A stretch of DNA of 64,000 nt, taken from assembly GCA_051294375.1 (NCBI GenBank), contig CM119265.1:21886278-21950277 (forward strand), written 5' to 3'. The notes beneath the pieces are model-generated. The model ran no database searches. It saw only the letters and a program-made list of their open reading frames with translations, and was not told where the DNA came from. The position numbers and the translations under genes are program-made. Origin of the DNA: Paraspadella gotoi (Eukaryota > Animalia > Chaetognatha). This document shows positions 26,141-40,171 of this stretch, piece after piece. How positions within the stretch are numbered: position 1 is the stretch's first letter; each line of letters starts with the position of its first letter.

Positions 26141-27684
26141 AGAGTGGATGGGAATTTTCTCAAAGAATTCGATCAGATTTTTCTCTCTTGAAAAAAAAGG
26201 AAACCAAATTTCTTGAGTTAAAAACTCTCAAATTTGGAAGAAAAGAAAAACAAAAATAAAAGGAATCAAAACAAAAGGCGGGAAAAAGGGACGATGCGTT
26301 TCAACACATCCCGGATGACCTTTTCGATCCTTCTGAGGGTCCGCTCTTGTGGCCCACGATAACAAATTTGGCCAAAAGTAGTTTAATTTCTTTTCTTCAA
26401 CTACCATGCTTTAATCATACATCATACAGTCATGTTTTTGCCTAGACGACTATGTAAGATTTGCCAAATAATCTACTTTACTAAAATTTTTAATTTTTAC
26501 AATCTTGCAACGAGGATTTTTATAAATACAAGCAGGAAAAGAGGCTAAAATTGTAGAATGAAGAAGATGGTATTTATGGATGTAACATCCGTAACGTAAG
26601 AAAAGCCTTCCGCTTCGAGTGGAAATTAAAATAATGAATTAGCCTGCAGAAAGAATGATTTATTCCGATGACAAAAGGCATCGTGAATTCCCCGATTAAA
26701 AACGAAAACGAAAAAGAAGACTACGACGAAGATAACGACGAACTTTCTAATAGCAGCCACAATTTTCCCCGACTTTTATGTTCATTCCACCCCCCCCCCA
26801 AAAAAAAAAGAAAAAAGAAAAAAAGAAAAACCGTATTGATTGAAAGAAAGAATTATTTTGAATTCTGGAAGTCGTCATATCGCGCATTCGGTAATTGAGA
26901 GAGAATAGATCGGAACGCGCCGAACTTTTTTTTTGGCTTCTTTCGGAATCCATGTTTGTTTATTTTTGGGGTTTTTTTCTTAACTACTATGTACGTACTA
27001 TATTTTCAAATATTTTATTTAATCTATTGAAAGGCGCCGCGGTTATTTTTCTTTTCCTTGAGTTCGGATAATGACTTGAATAAAAATGCGATTCATAAAT
27101 TCCGATATTACTAATGGATATATAATTAATGCCAATATTTAGCTAATTGCTTTCTTTACAGTAAGAATTAAATCGAATATTTTCCGGAACATATAAAAAT
27201 GCGGGAAAATATTTTTTTCTTTATTTTTGTTTTTCGTTTCCATTGTTAATCGAAATTAATTAAATCAATTGTATGATCTACTATATGAAATATGTACATA
27301 TAATTGTATACATCCCTTTTTATTTTATTTGGATTCAAAAACCGCGATAAAAATTTTTCAAGATTTAAGATATTTAACAATTTGCTAATGGCCTAAATGG
27401 TTTTCCGAGAGTCGCAAGAAAAACAGTAATGGAGCTGAAAAATAAAAATCTCAGTCGGGATTTTGAGGAATTTGCATTTTAATTAAAGTCGGTTTTGGAA
27501 TGAAAAAGAAAATGTGGACATGTGGACGTTTGTTATGAGGAACTAAATCAGCTGAGAGTGAGAGATATATATATAATATTTATATATATATATTACAGAT
27601 GGAGAGAGGGGGGGAAAAGGGGAGGTAGATCAACGAGAAAAAAACCATATATTTCTGGTTTCAAGGAATCTTAAACGTTTGGAA

Positions 27685-27687
<3 letters not shown>

Positions 27688-27770
<83 letters not shown>

Positions 27771-27778
27771 GAGAGAGA
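27688..27778. repeat. (GA)n microsatellite, one of many GA/CT tracts (others at ~1340-1410, 7605-7648, 19987-20032, 24460-24560, 35450-35527, 40125-40170)
   Basis: Directly visible dinucleotide tracts. Confidence 0.95.
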
Positions 27779-28736
27779 AACGAGAGGACTGTCGAGAGCG
27801 AGGAGTCGGGGGGAAAAGTGGAGCGAAAACTAAATAAAAAGAAGTGAAGTTGAAAGAAAAGAAAAAGAGAAAAAAAAGGGAAAGAAAAGAGAAAAAAGAA
27901 GAAAGTAGATCAAAATTATGGAAAGAGGGAAATGGGCAGGACGAATATCGATGGGATAAATAAACGTGGCTTCCGTATGACTCGTCTCTCGACTCGGAAT
28001 TTAAACCTCTCGCTTTTTATTTTGCTTTTTTTTTTTTTTTTTTATTTCGCTTTTTCTTCGCGCAAAATGTGTCCTTTTATTTTGACAGGTTTTTCCGTAA
28101 TTCAATTTTTTTCTCCTTTTGGCAAAAACGTGAGATGAAAATAGGAATTCCTTTATTTTTTAATAACATCCATAATTTAATAATATTTATTTCGGGTTGT
28201 TTTTTTTTTCGAAATTTTATTTCGAAGAATTGGGAAATCCGTTTCTAGAGATATTTTCCATGTATATAAATTACACTCGTCAGTATCAGAATACGAAAGT
28301 TTTTAACGACCTATCTGAGTTTCAGAAATTACGTTCAACTAACATTATACAAATTACTACATCGGCCTTACAAACTTCCCGCTCCGCCCATTTTTTCTTT
28401 ACAAGCGTCAACTGCAAAAATATCGGAAATTAGTTNNNNNNNNNNNNNNNNNNNNNNNNNNNNNNNNNNNNNNNNNNNNNNNNNNNNNNNNNNNNNNNNN
28501 NNNNNNNNNNNNNNNNNNNNNNNNNNNNNNNNNNNNNNNNNNNNNNNNNNNNNNNNNNNNNNNNNNNNNNNNNNNNNNNNNNNNNNNNNNNNNNNNNNNN
28601 NNNNNNNNNNNNNNNNNNNNNNNNAGTCTCGGGCGCTGCAAGAAAAAATAATATCGGGGTGGACATGGAGAAAAAGGGATTTGAAAAAGTGGGGAAAGAG
28701 AGGAATAGAAGGAGAGAAAGAGTGATAGTAGGGCGT

Positions 28737-28784
<48 letters not shown>

Positions 28785-31538
28785 TGAAGAAGTAATTAAA
28801 GGAATATGGTACGAGACCAATGGACGTGGAATAAAAAAAATTATGGGTATTTCAGTGATCATCGTGTTTATAATTAATTAAGTGGACACAAATTCCTTTG
28901 TTTGTTAAGCTATGACTACTTTGGTTTCGCTATCACAACGCTTCGTGCGCCGTTGTCCTTTTTTCCCGCTAAACCCGATAACCGCGATATCTACTCAGAT
29001 CTNNNNNNNNNNNNNNNNNNNNNNNNNNNNNNNNNNNNNNNNNNNNNNNNNNNNNNNNNNNNNNNNNNNNNNNNNNNNNNNNNNNNNNNNNNNNNNNNNN
29101 NNNNNNNNNNNNNNNNNNNNNNNNNNNNNNNNNNNNNNNNNNNNNNNNNNNNNNNNNNNNNNNNNNNNNNNNNNNNNNNNNNNNNNNNNNNNNNNNNNNN
29201 NNNNNNNNNNNNNNNNNNNNNNNNNNNNNNNNNNNNNNNNNNNNNNNNNNNNNNNNNNNNNNNNNNNNNNNNNNNNNNNNNNNNNNNNNNNNNNNNNNNN
29301 NNNNNNNNNNNNNNNNNNNNNNNNNNNNNNNNNNNNNNNNNNNNNNNNNNNNNNNNNNNNNNNNNNNNNNNNNNNNNNNNNNNNNNNNNNNNNNNNNNNN
29401 NNNNNNNNNNNNNNNNNNNNNNNNNNNNNNNNNNNNNNNNNNNNNNNNNNNNNNNNNNNNNNNNNNNNNNNNNNNNNNNNNNNNNNNNNNNNNNNNNNNN
29501 NNNNNNNNNNNNNNNNNNNNNNNNNNNNNNNNNNNNNNNNNNNNNNNNNNNNNNNNNNNNNNNNNNNNNNNNNNNNNNNNNNNNNNNNNNNCCGACGGGC
29601 GCACTCGCCCTCTTCGCCCGACCGCCTCCACTGTCACGCTCGCCCGCGTAATCCGTGCCACCTTCCGTGCCACCCTCCGTGCCACCCTTACCACCCACTC
29701 TCTAATCCTCTACCCCCTGACCTCATTCAAGGCCACACAGTCCAACGCTCTCAACCTTTTCCCCACTGGATGAGACGAACTTGAAACTTTAACGAAAACC
29801 GCGACTCAAACGGATTCCGAAGGGCGCGACATCTCTCGAGCAATTGTTCCGCCAGCGAGTTATTGATTGCTTCCGCCTCGATGCTTTCGAATGAAACTGC
29901 TTCAAAGTTAACGACTGTATCTGTAACATAGCCGTTGATCGTAACTACCATCATATCATTGATCGTGTACTGTCAACCCGTCGATGACTGCTTCAAAGTT
30001 GATAACTGCATCTGGGTAGACGTCGTTAATTGCATTTGCCTGCATAGTATATGCCTTTAGCTCGTTAACTGTATCATGTCGCATATTTGCTCGCATCTAA
30101 ATCAAAATCTAAATCTAAATCAAAATCAAAATCGCTCACCAGCTATCAATACTATTTCACAACAGCAACNNNNNNNNNNNNNNNNNNNNNNNNNNNNNNN
30201 NNNNNNNNNNNNNNNNNNNNNNNNNNNNNNNNNNNNNNNNNNNNNNNNNNNNNNNNNNNNNNNNNNNNNNNNNNNNNNNNNNNNNNNNNNNNNNNNNNNN
30301 NNNNNNNNNNNNNNNNNNNNNNNNNNNNNNNNNNNNNNNNNNNNNNNNNNNNNNNNNNNNNNNNNNNNNNNNNNNNNNNNNNNNNNNNNNNNNNNNNNNN
30401 NNNNNNNNNNNNNNNNNNNNNNNNNNNNNNNNNNNNNNNNNNNNNNNNNNNNNNNNNNNNNNNNNNNNNNNNNNNNNNNGTCGTCGTCGTCGTCGTCGTC
30501 GTCGTCGTTCTCTATCGTGTTTTGACAATGTTGATGAAGATCCCTCTAGTTTTTCCGAGGATCGAGCCGAGATTGTCTGGAGATTCGGTGATCGTCTCCT
30601 CCTCTTCGTCTTCCTCCTCCTCTTCCTCCTGCTCCTCCTCCTCCTCCACCACCTCCTCCCTCTCTCTCTCTCTCTCTTTCCGCATCTTTTGCCCATTTTT
30701 TACGCCTTAATTAAAATCTTCCTCGTGAATGTTCATTAATTCTGGGGGCGGGTTTCTTTTCATTTTATGAAGAAAAAAAAATAAAGAATTAATGACTAGA
30801 CTTATATTGTTTCTTTTTTCTTCTACGATCCCACCCTATATATTGTTTTAAAATCTGATTGGCTAATACGTGATCGTCGTCGTCTCCTCTTCTTCCTCCT
30901 CCTCCTCCTCCCATCGCGATCACCCCCTCCTCCTTTCCTCCCTCCGTCGCTCAACGCGAACGCGAAGTCCGACTTTTTTCATTCGCAGAATTTGTTTAAA
31001 TTTTCGTGGAATCGAAGATTTTTTGTTCATCGTTTGTTTATTTTTTCATTTGTTTGTTTACGTTTCGCTCCTCGTTTCGATCCCATGGAACTTCATTGTG
31101 ACCGCGCGCGCGGGAACTGGAAAAAAAAAAGTCTTGGCGTCTTGTTCGTTTTTAATTTATTGTACTATTTACTGTTTAATGGACTATTTATCGATCCGTT
31201 TCAATACGAGCTAAAAAAAAAGGGAAAAAAAACAAAAAAACAAAAAAAAACTGGGTAAGTTGCTCGAAAAAAGGAAAAAAAGGAGAATTTAATGAGAATA
31301 AAGGAGCGACCGAGCAAACATGGTTACTTTCCCTAAGGAATATACAAACAAAGCCTCTTATTGTCAAGTAACGCGAAAAGCTGTTTTCTCTCTACTTTTT
31401 GGGTTTAAATCTTTTAAAATTTAAATGTGGGAATAAAAAATAAGGAGAGAGAGAGAGAGAGAGAGCGAGAGAGATCGTTTTCTCCCGTGGGTCGCCTCCC
31501 AACACCGAACATAATAAAACCGTTTTCTTTTTAACTAA

Positions 31539-31961
31539 AAAGAGGCGCAAATAAAAAAAAAATCATAGCTCGTTCGGGGGGAGTTTTTTTATGTCAAGTT
31601 TTTATTATTTTTGTTCACCTTCTGGCTTTTTGGGACTTTTGAATGTAAAAAAAAAAAATCTAGGGTTTGTGTCCCGGGTTCTCTCAGCTTGCCTCAATTT
31701 CGTTCTATCTCTTTTAGTCCGACTCGTTAAATAAACAATTTGCAAAATGTCAACCTAGATCCTATGAAAAAGGGGAGAAAAAAGAAAAACTTCAATGCTA
31801 TCAGAAATCTGGGATAACATTTCAAATTTGAGATAAGATAAATCGATACTCACCCGAGGATCGAAAAAAAAAAGGAACTTGAGTCTTAAAAAGACGATGA
31901 GATCGAAGCGAGTTTCAGGAAATAAAAAAAATATCATGAGAAAAGAGATGACGTCAATGAC

Positions 31962-32015
<54 letters not shown>

Positions 32016-33397
32016 TCTTAAGATACATAAACAAATAATGCGACGATAAAATCTTTTTTTCTGTTATGCATAAACTGATATTACCAATAAAAAAAAGAGA
32101 GTGCAGCACTTAGGAGAGAGAGAAACAAAAGAGAAATAAATAAAAAGAAAAGAAAGTGAATCAATATGAGAGGAACAAAGAAAAAAAAAAGTAAAATATA
32201 AAAAGGGGGGAAAAAGACAAATGTAAAAAAAATAGGAGAATAAACCCGAGAAAAATTTGCGGAATAAAAAAATGTGAACTGGAAGAAAAAGAAATAGAAA
32301 AAAAAAGGAAACGAAAGTAATACGAATGATACATATGAAGAAGACCGGGGCGCTACTCTCCTGACCCAAATAATGGAACCCCCAAAGGCAGAGATAAACC
32401 GAAAGATAAAGAAAATAGAAAAACAGAAAAATAGAAAAACAGGAGAGAAGATGTAAATTGTTTTTCTTTCGGGGCGCGCGGAAGGGGGGGAGGGCAAGTC
32501 GTGAGGACCGAGAACGATATTACTCTTTCGGGCTTCAAAGTTTTAATAAAAAAATTATGAGAGAAAATTAATATTTAGATTTAAGAGGAGAAAAAAAAAT
32601 TCAATATCTTGGGCCCCCGTACGCGGGATTTAATCTGAAACTTCTACAAATCCGGCCCTTGCCATAGAAAATTCCGTCTCCCCCAACTTCGATTCTATTT
32701 TTTTCTTTTTTTCGGGTACTATCGTTTTCTTTTTATGTATTAAAAATAATCCTTTATTAGTCGTTGCCCGATAGGTAGTTTTAGCGTGAATCGAGGCTGT
32801 TATTACTTACTTTAAATTTAATTTAAACAGCGACTATTTTTTTTCGCAGTAAATTTGCATACTTCTTTCCCGCTCCCCAATTTCATCTCCACCCAAAGTG
32901 AATATTTGAATATTTTTACTGTTTGAGATTTATTTAAAAATCTATATTTNNNNNNNNNNNNNNNNNNNNNNNNNAAAGAGGCGCAAATAAAAAAAAAAAT
33001 CATAGCTCGTTCGGGGGAGTTTTTTTATGTTAAGTTTTTATTATTTTTGTTCACCTTCTGGCTTTTTGGGACTTTTGAAAGTAAAAAAAAAAAATCTAGG
33101 GTTTGTGTCCCGGGTTCTCTCAGCTTGCCTCAATTTCGTTCTATCTCTTTTAGTCCGACTCGTTAAATAAACAATTTGCAAAATGTCAACCTAGATCCTA
33201 TGAAAAAGGGGAGAAAAAAGAAAAACTTCAATGCTATCAGAAATCTGGGATAACATTTCAAATTTGAGATAAGATAAATCGATACTCACCCGAGGATCGA
33301 AAAAAAAAAGGAACTTGAGTCTTAAAAAGACGATGAGATCGAAGCGAGTTTCAGGAAATAAAAAAAATATCATGAGAAAAGAGATGACGTCAATGAC

Positions 33398-33447
<50 letters not shown>

Positions 33448-34378
33448 TCTTAAGATACATAAACAAATAATGCGACGATAAAATCTTTTTTTCTGTTATG
33501 CATAAACTGATATTACCAATAAAAAAGAGAGTGCAGCACTTAGGAGAGAGAGAAACAAAAGAGAAATAAATAAAAAGAAAAGAAAGTGAATCAATATGAG
33601 AGGAACAAAGAAAAAAAAAAGTAAAATATAAAAAGGGGGGAAAAAGACAAATGTAAAAAAAATAGGAGAATAAACCCGAGAAAAATTTGCGGAATAAAAA
33701 ATGTGAACTGGAAGAAAAAGAAATAGAAAAAAAAAAAGGAAACGAAAGTAATACGAATGATACATATGAAGAAGACCGGGGCGCTACTCTCCTGACCCAA
33801 ATAATGGAACCCCCAAAGGCAGAGATAAACCGAAAGATAAAGAAAATAGAAAAACAGAAAAATAGAAAAACAGGAGAGAAGATGTAAATTGTTTTTCTTT
33901 CGGGGCGCGCGGAAGGGGGGGAGGGCAAGTCGTGAGGACCGAGAACGATATATCTCTTTTCGGTGTCTTCAAAGTTTTAATAAAAAAAGTTATTGAGAGA
34001 AAATTAATATTTAGATTTAAGAGGAGAAAAAAAAATTAATATCTGGGCCCCCGTACGCTGGGATTTAATCTGAAACTTCTACAAATCCGCCTGCCAAGAA
34101 ATTCGTCTCCCCAACTTCGATTCTATTTTTTTTTCTTTTTTTCGGGTACTATCGTTTTCTTTTTATGTATTAATAAAATAATCTTTATAGTCGTTCGCCC
34201 GATAGGTAGTTTTAGTGAATCGAGGCTGTTATTACTTACTTTAAATTTAATTTAAACAGCGACTATTTTTTTTCGCAGTAAATTTGCATACTTCTTTCCC
34301 GCTCCCCAATTTCATCTCCACCCAAAGTGAATATTTGAATATTTTTACTGTTTGAGATTTATTTAAAAATCTATATTT
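31539..34378 (+). repeat. ~1.4-kb direct duplication flanking a 25-N gap (31539-32949 vs 32975-34378); likely unmerged contig overlap
   Basis: Both copies start AAAGAGGCGCAAATAAAAAAAA and end TTAAAAATCTATATTT. They differ mainly by homopolymer indels. Confidence 0.9.
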
Positions 34379-34624
34379 TTAGAAAAAAAACGTCGAGCCT
34401 TCACTAGGAGCGTAAAAGCGTCAAACGCGTCGAAGGTCGAAGAACAAAGAAAAGAAAAACAAAAATAAAAGAACAAAAATAAAAGAACAAAAGTAAAATA
34501 TAAAAAAAAAGGGAAAACAAACTAAAAAAAAAAGAACCAAAAACAAAAAAAAAAGAACAAAACGAAGCAAAGAAACGTAAACTAAAACCGGAGAAGAAGA
34601 AAAAAGGTTAAACCCGATCGCGCG

Positions 34625-35447
34625 ATGGCCAGTTTTCTATTTCACGCCGTTCTCCTTCTCATCGGCGCGTGCTTCATTTCTTGGGTTTCGACGGATCACC
34701 TCCGCCGACCCCCGAATCCCAAAGACCATAAAGAACACCTCCTTCGGCTCGACAAACGTCCGGGTCATCTCCAACGCCTCGAGCACCACCACCGAGGTCC
34801 CTTTCGACACCCTCGACCCCAACACCCTCGTAATTTCGAACTCCTCGTCAGTCGACTTCCCGGTCCCTCGCTTCGTCTTCGCCCGCGCCTCGCGACTTCC
34901 GTCGATCCCCGCCAGAGTCGCAACATCGAAAAGGCCGTCGACACTGGGGATCGAACCTCGGACCTTCGACCCGACGCACCTCGGGGTCATCGGCGAGGGG
35001 GAGAATATTCGGACGAGATTCGGAAAAGGGAGAAAGGATTCGAGGTGGAGGCAAATCGGAAAAATGAAAACGAATTAGAAATGAAGAAGATTCGGAAATA
35101 TGAAAAATTGCCAGACTTGGAAAAAAGTTTTGATGTAAAGAAGAAGATACACAGAAAAATAAAGAAATATCCCGGATCAGAAAATAAGTTTAAAAAAAGG
35201 AAAGACGACTTTGATTTCTCGAAAGAAACGGCTCGACGAAAAGAGAAGGAGTTCGGCAAAACGGAAAAAAATATTCGAAAACGGGATAAGGGATTCGGCG
35301 GAGAATCGGACGAGGTTCGGACAACGAGTGACCGACGAAGGACGAGGTCCGAAAACCTCGAGTTGAAGGACCACCTAGGNNNNNNNNNNNNNNNNNNNNN
35401 NNNNATCGCGGGAAGAAGCCAGCGGATATGGTGAGATGGGGAAGATG

Positions 35448-35531
<84 letters not shown>

Positions 35532-35947
35532 AAATCCGAGCAGGACGCGGAAAGGACCACACCAGAAAAAAAAGTGTGGTAATGATGAAGGCGTTGGGGG
35601 AAAGAAAAAAGAGAGAGAGAGAGTGAGCGAGGGGGGGAGGAAATGTGAAAGAGAAGCGAGAGTCAAAACTTGAAAGATGAATGAAAGATGAGTCCGTTAT
35701 TGTTCTAATCTACTTCAATCGAAACAAAGAAGGAAATAATTAATTTAAAAATGTGATTCGGTTCTCGTAACGAGTAATCGAAATGAAATCGATTCTTATT
35801 CGCAGAAAATAAAATAAATATTTGGCGCGTGAAAAGACGAAGGGATTTTCGGTTTTGGGTCTTGAGAAGGGAGATCAATCGCCGGTACATTGGAGAGTCA
35901 GAAATACAAGAAGAGATAAGAGAGAATTCATCTCTGTCTCACTCTAA

Positions 35948-35991
<44 letters not shown>

Positions 35992-38900
35992 GGCTTTTTA
36001 TCAGTTTTCTTGTTTTTATTTGTAAATAAATAGTTTTTATATTTTTTACCACGCAGAAAGACGCATCCGATAAGAACACCTGCTGATATTTTCCCTTCTA
36101 ATTTTCTCTCACAAAGAACACGTTGATTTGGTTTAGATTTCCCTTTTTTTTTAAACTCAGATGATGGAGGATGGATCTTTTGTTTAATCCGTTTCTTTGA
36201 AATATTTCCATCGTTAAAATATCCTGATTAATGCATGTAAATATACTTTAATATTTCTCTGTTTGACTTTAAACATATCGAAGAAAGACTTTTTACAATC
36301 TACTCCGCTCTTTCTATTTTTAACAAATGTTCTTTTACGTAACGTGCTATGACATCTGTAAAAAGATAAATAATTGAAAATATTGGGCTCCAAACGAGAT
36401 GGCGTTTGAAAAATAAAAATTGAAGGAAAGAAATAAAAGAAAAGAGAATGGAAGAATGAAAGAAAGAAAGAAATATTAAATTAAAAAAGAAAAAAAAAAG
36501 AAATAAACCAAATTATATCGCCCACCAAATTTTTTATTTTATTACCTAAACCTATTTCATATAAAAGAGAGAAAAAAACTTTTATTAGCCCTCTCGCCTT
36601 GAGCTTCTTCATCACGAAAAAAAATATAATTTATTTTCTTCTTTTTTTATAAAATCGATAAAATCAAAACATGTTTAGAGTTTCTTCTCATTCAAAATCT
36701 CTCTCTCTCCCTCTCTCACGTCTTTCTTTCCTTTTTTTTCCCTCAACCACCTTTTAGATTTTTGAATTTCCTTCTTTTTTAATCTAAAATCTCCCAACTT
36801 TTCTTTCGATTGCCGCTCCATCTCCCTTTCCCTCTCTCTCTCCCTCTCCTTTCCCCCTCTCTCTCTCCCTCTCCTTTTCCTCTCTCTCTCTCCTCTCCCT
36901 TTTCCCCTCTCTCTCTCCCTCTCCCTTTCACCCTCTCTCTCTCCTCTCCCTTTTTTTCCTCTCCCTCCCCTTCCGTCAAAATCCCTTCTCCAACTTTCTC
37001 CATACATCGAACCACGTCCCGCCCCCCCACCCTTATTTCCACCCCTAGTTTTCATCAACCACCCCCCTACCGGGCCTCCCCCCGCTTTCCACTCGGACCC
37101 AATATCTTTTAATTCACTCGCGCCTCGAACTCAGGATTTCTCTGGGTTTTTTTTTTTAGTACAAAAAAATCGAAATGAAAAAGAAGGAATAAAATCGGAG
37201 TCACTAACCCTTTTAATTATTTTCCGCGGATAGAATTCTCTATTTCTATTTTTTTTGTAATTTTCTTTTCCCTTTTTCCCCCACTCCTTTAACTTTCTTT
37301 GTATTTCGGAAACCGAAGGCCAGGGGAAAGCAGAGGGATTGATTTTCACGTGATTTTCTCGCAAATAGCGATCAAAAACGTTGTTTATATAATATTATAT
37401 AATTATATAATTATTAAATATAATTATATTTAAACGACTGAAATTAACAAATTTTTGTTCCTTTGTTTTTCAACAGCGAAAAAACTGACGAAAGACAAAA
37501 TCCTTACGAAGATTCGACCACGAACCCACGCGGCCGCCGATCCATTCGGGCCATAAAGGTCCAGTGCCGATCGGGTGTCCGCCCTGCCGAATCTCGCCAG
37601 CCGCCCACCACTCCGCCTCCGCCGCTTCCCCGCCGCCTCACTTACGTGATTGGCGACAGTGGGCGGCAGCGGTTCGGCGACTTTCCTGCTCTGCGGCTGC
37701 GACAGGACGAGTTGCGGCGCCGAATGCAGCAACACTCGATGGGACGAGCGATGTGGGCTCGGCCGGGACGGCCGGCGTGGCCCGCACCGCCGCAGAGTAT
37801 CTGGGCGTGGTCAGGAGATGACGTTTTTGCGTCCGAGCTTGACCGAAAGTGGCCGAAGATGGCGCTCAGCGAAGACATGGCGAGGAATTTGACGCAAGAG
37901 GTCAAAGCCGACGAAGAAAACGACAACGACGAAGATTGAAGACGACGATGGACGAAGACGAAAACGACTTTCGAAGGACGACGAGAACGACGCCGACGAT
38001 CGTCCGGAAGACGACGCCGCTTTCAGCTTTTCCCCGAAGAAACAGCATCTCAAACGCCGCAAGTTGCTACGGTCAAATGAGCGACGACTTCGACGCCGCT
38101 TGGATGGCGGCGGCCACGCCAACCGCGCCGAACCAGCGCCGGCGTTGTCGAAACCCAAAGGAAGGGAAAAGGTTTTGGCGCCAAAAGTGGCGCCGAGAAG
38201 TTGACGGCGTCATTGAGAAAGAAGTTGAGGGAGGAAGGCTCAATCCAGGTGAGAAGGTGGGGGGAGTTTCGGGGGTAGGTGGTGAGGGTGTAGACTTAGG
38301 AAGTTGGGGAGGAGGGGAAAGAATTGAAGATTGTTCTTTTGGCTGAAGGAAATTCAATTTTGACAAAAGGAGGCAATTTGAAACAGAATGAGTCATTCGA
38401 TGAAACGAGGGCGATTCGGTGAAAACAGACCCCGAGATCCGAACGAATGTGAGTGCCTTTTCTCCTTGAACCCCGTGAAAATTGCAGCGGAAAGGTTCGA
38501 GTAATAGTTATGTGAATCGGAAGGCACTAAGGCAGCTATCATGAATCAGGGATAAAAATTAAACAATTTTTTTTTTTGTTATCGTACGAAGACGGTCAAT
38601 TATAGCGAAACGAAAATAGTATCAAAAAAAATTTCTTACGCTTTGTATTTGAAATAGGGGGGTTGATGAGGCCATCCAGAACTGATAAAAGAGCTGATAA
38701 GTCCATTCAGGTGAATATAAGGCCATTCAGCCTATAGGCCCATTCAGTTAGCTAATTTTTTTTTCTCTTTGGCAGGAAATCGAGTAATTTTTTTTTCGAC
38801 GAAGATAACGATTCAAAAACTTTTGAGCAACTTTCTTTCCGCGCCTCTGCCAAAAAAATAAAAATAAATTTCCGCGATATATCTAAAAAATTAAGTTATT

Positions 38901-40123
38901 TTTCACGACAGGAATAACGAATTCGTTGAGATAACTTTTATAAGACATAAAAATAATAAAGTAAGAATTCTATATACACCGTCATTATCAATAAATTCAT
39001 GCTACGAGGCTCGTTTTTCATTATCGTGAAAGGTTATAGTACATCGGGTGGTCCGGAAAAAAAAATGTTAACACCAGCAGCGGAATTTCGATGTCGACTT
39101 TGTTGTCTCTGTCAACACGAAATGTTTTACCTCCGAGAAGGAAAGAGGCGAGGACTCTCCCCCCCCCCGCCCTCTTTTCCCCTCTCCGTGAGTTCTCTAA
39201 CTTTCTTGCGTTCACACCAGCCCCAGCGATGGGGCACATCTGCTTTCACCACCGCTTCTTTCACTCCCGCCGCTTCTCACCCTCTCCTTCCCCTCCAGAA
39301 ATCATCACACGTAGCCTCGTCATTCCGCTTCTTAACTTTCGCTTTCCCCTCGTGCGCCAATCACCGATGATCGCCACTTTCACAGATCCAGGCGATTCGT
39401 GATTGAGGTTTTCACGAAAAGGAAGTCACTTGTATTATTGATAATTAACCCTTTTTTATAACGACTTCCATGCGAATTATTTTAACATTACCATAAGAGT
39501 GAAACAATGGCACTTAAGATGGTGACAAAAGAATCTATTTCATGATATTTTACATCAAAGAGCAACCAGATAAAAGGTTGTATATTAAAGACGTTATTTC
39601 AATGCAGTACGTGTAGAAAATTTACGGGATAACAAAGTCACTGCGGCGCAACATAACATTTTCGTTCTTGTTTAATTTTAATTAATTCCAGTTAATTTTT
39701 ACTATATATTACATTATCAGGAACCTCTTTATGACCTTTTGTTTCGACTTTAATTAACCCCTCCCCTTCATATTCGATCTTTTCTTATAAAAACAAACTA
39801 TCAAAAAAAGGAAATCCCTTCTCGCGATCAACACTTCGACCAAAAAGGAAACGTCTCTCCCCCTAATCACGATCAAAGCCTCGCAAGAGAGAAAGAAAAA
39901 AATCTAGATCGCCAGACTCGAAACTCGTTGCTGATTGAAACCATCGCCTTAATGGCGAAAAATCAGGGAACTCGTACCAGCTTTCAAGGTTCGACGCAAA
40001 GAGAGTGAAAGGGAGAGAGAGAGAATTTCATAAAACAAAAAACTTCTCTATTTCTCTTTCTCATTTCTTTTTCTCTCTCTTCTCCCCCCCCCCCCCGCTT
40101 ATTTTCTTTACCTATTCACCTCG

Positions 40124-40171
<48 letters not shown>

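Noticed and set aside
21732-30710. Numerous long ORFs in the track
   Set aside because: They are open only because they run through N gaps or simple repeats.
33191-33928. 245-aa Phe-rich membrane-like ORF (and its copy near 32064-32497)
   Set aside because: Translation of T-rich low-complexity DNA plus (CT)n; the frame is not preserved between the two copies.
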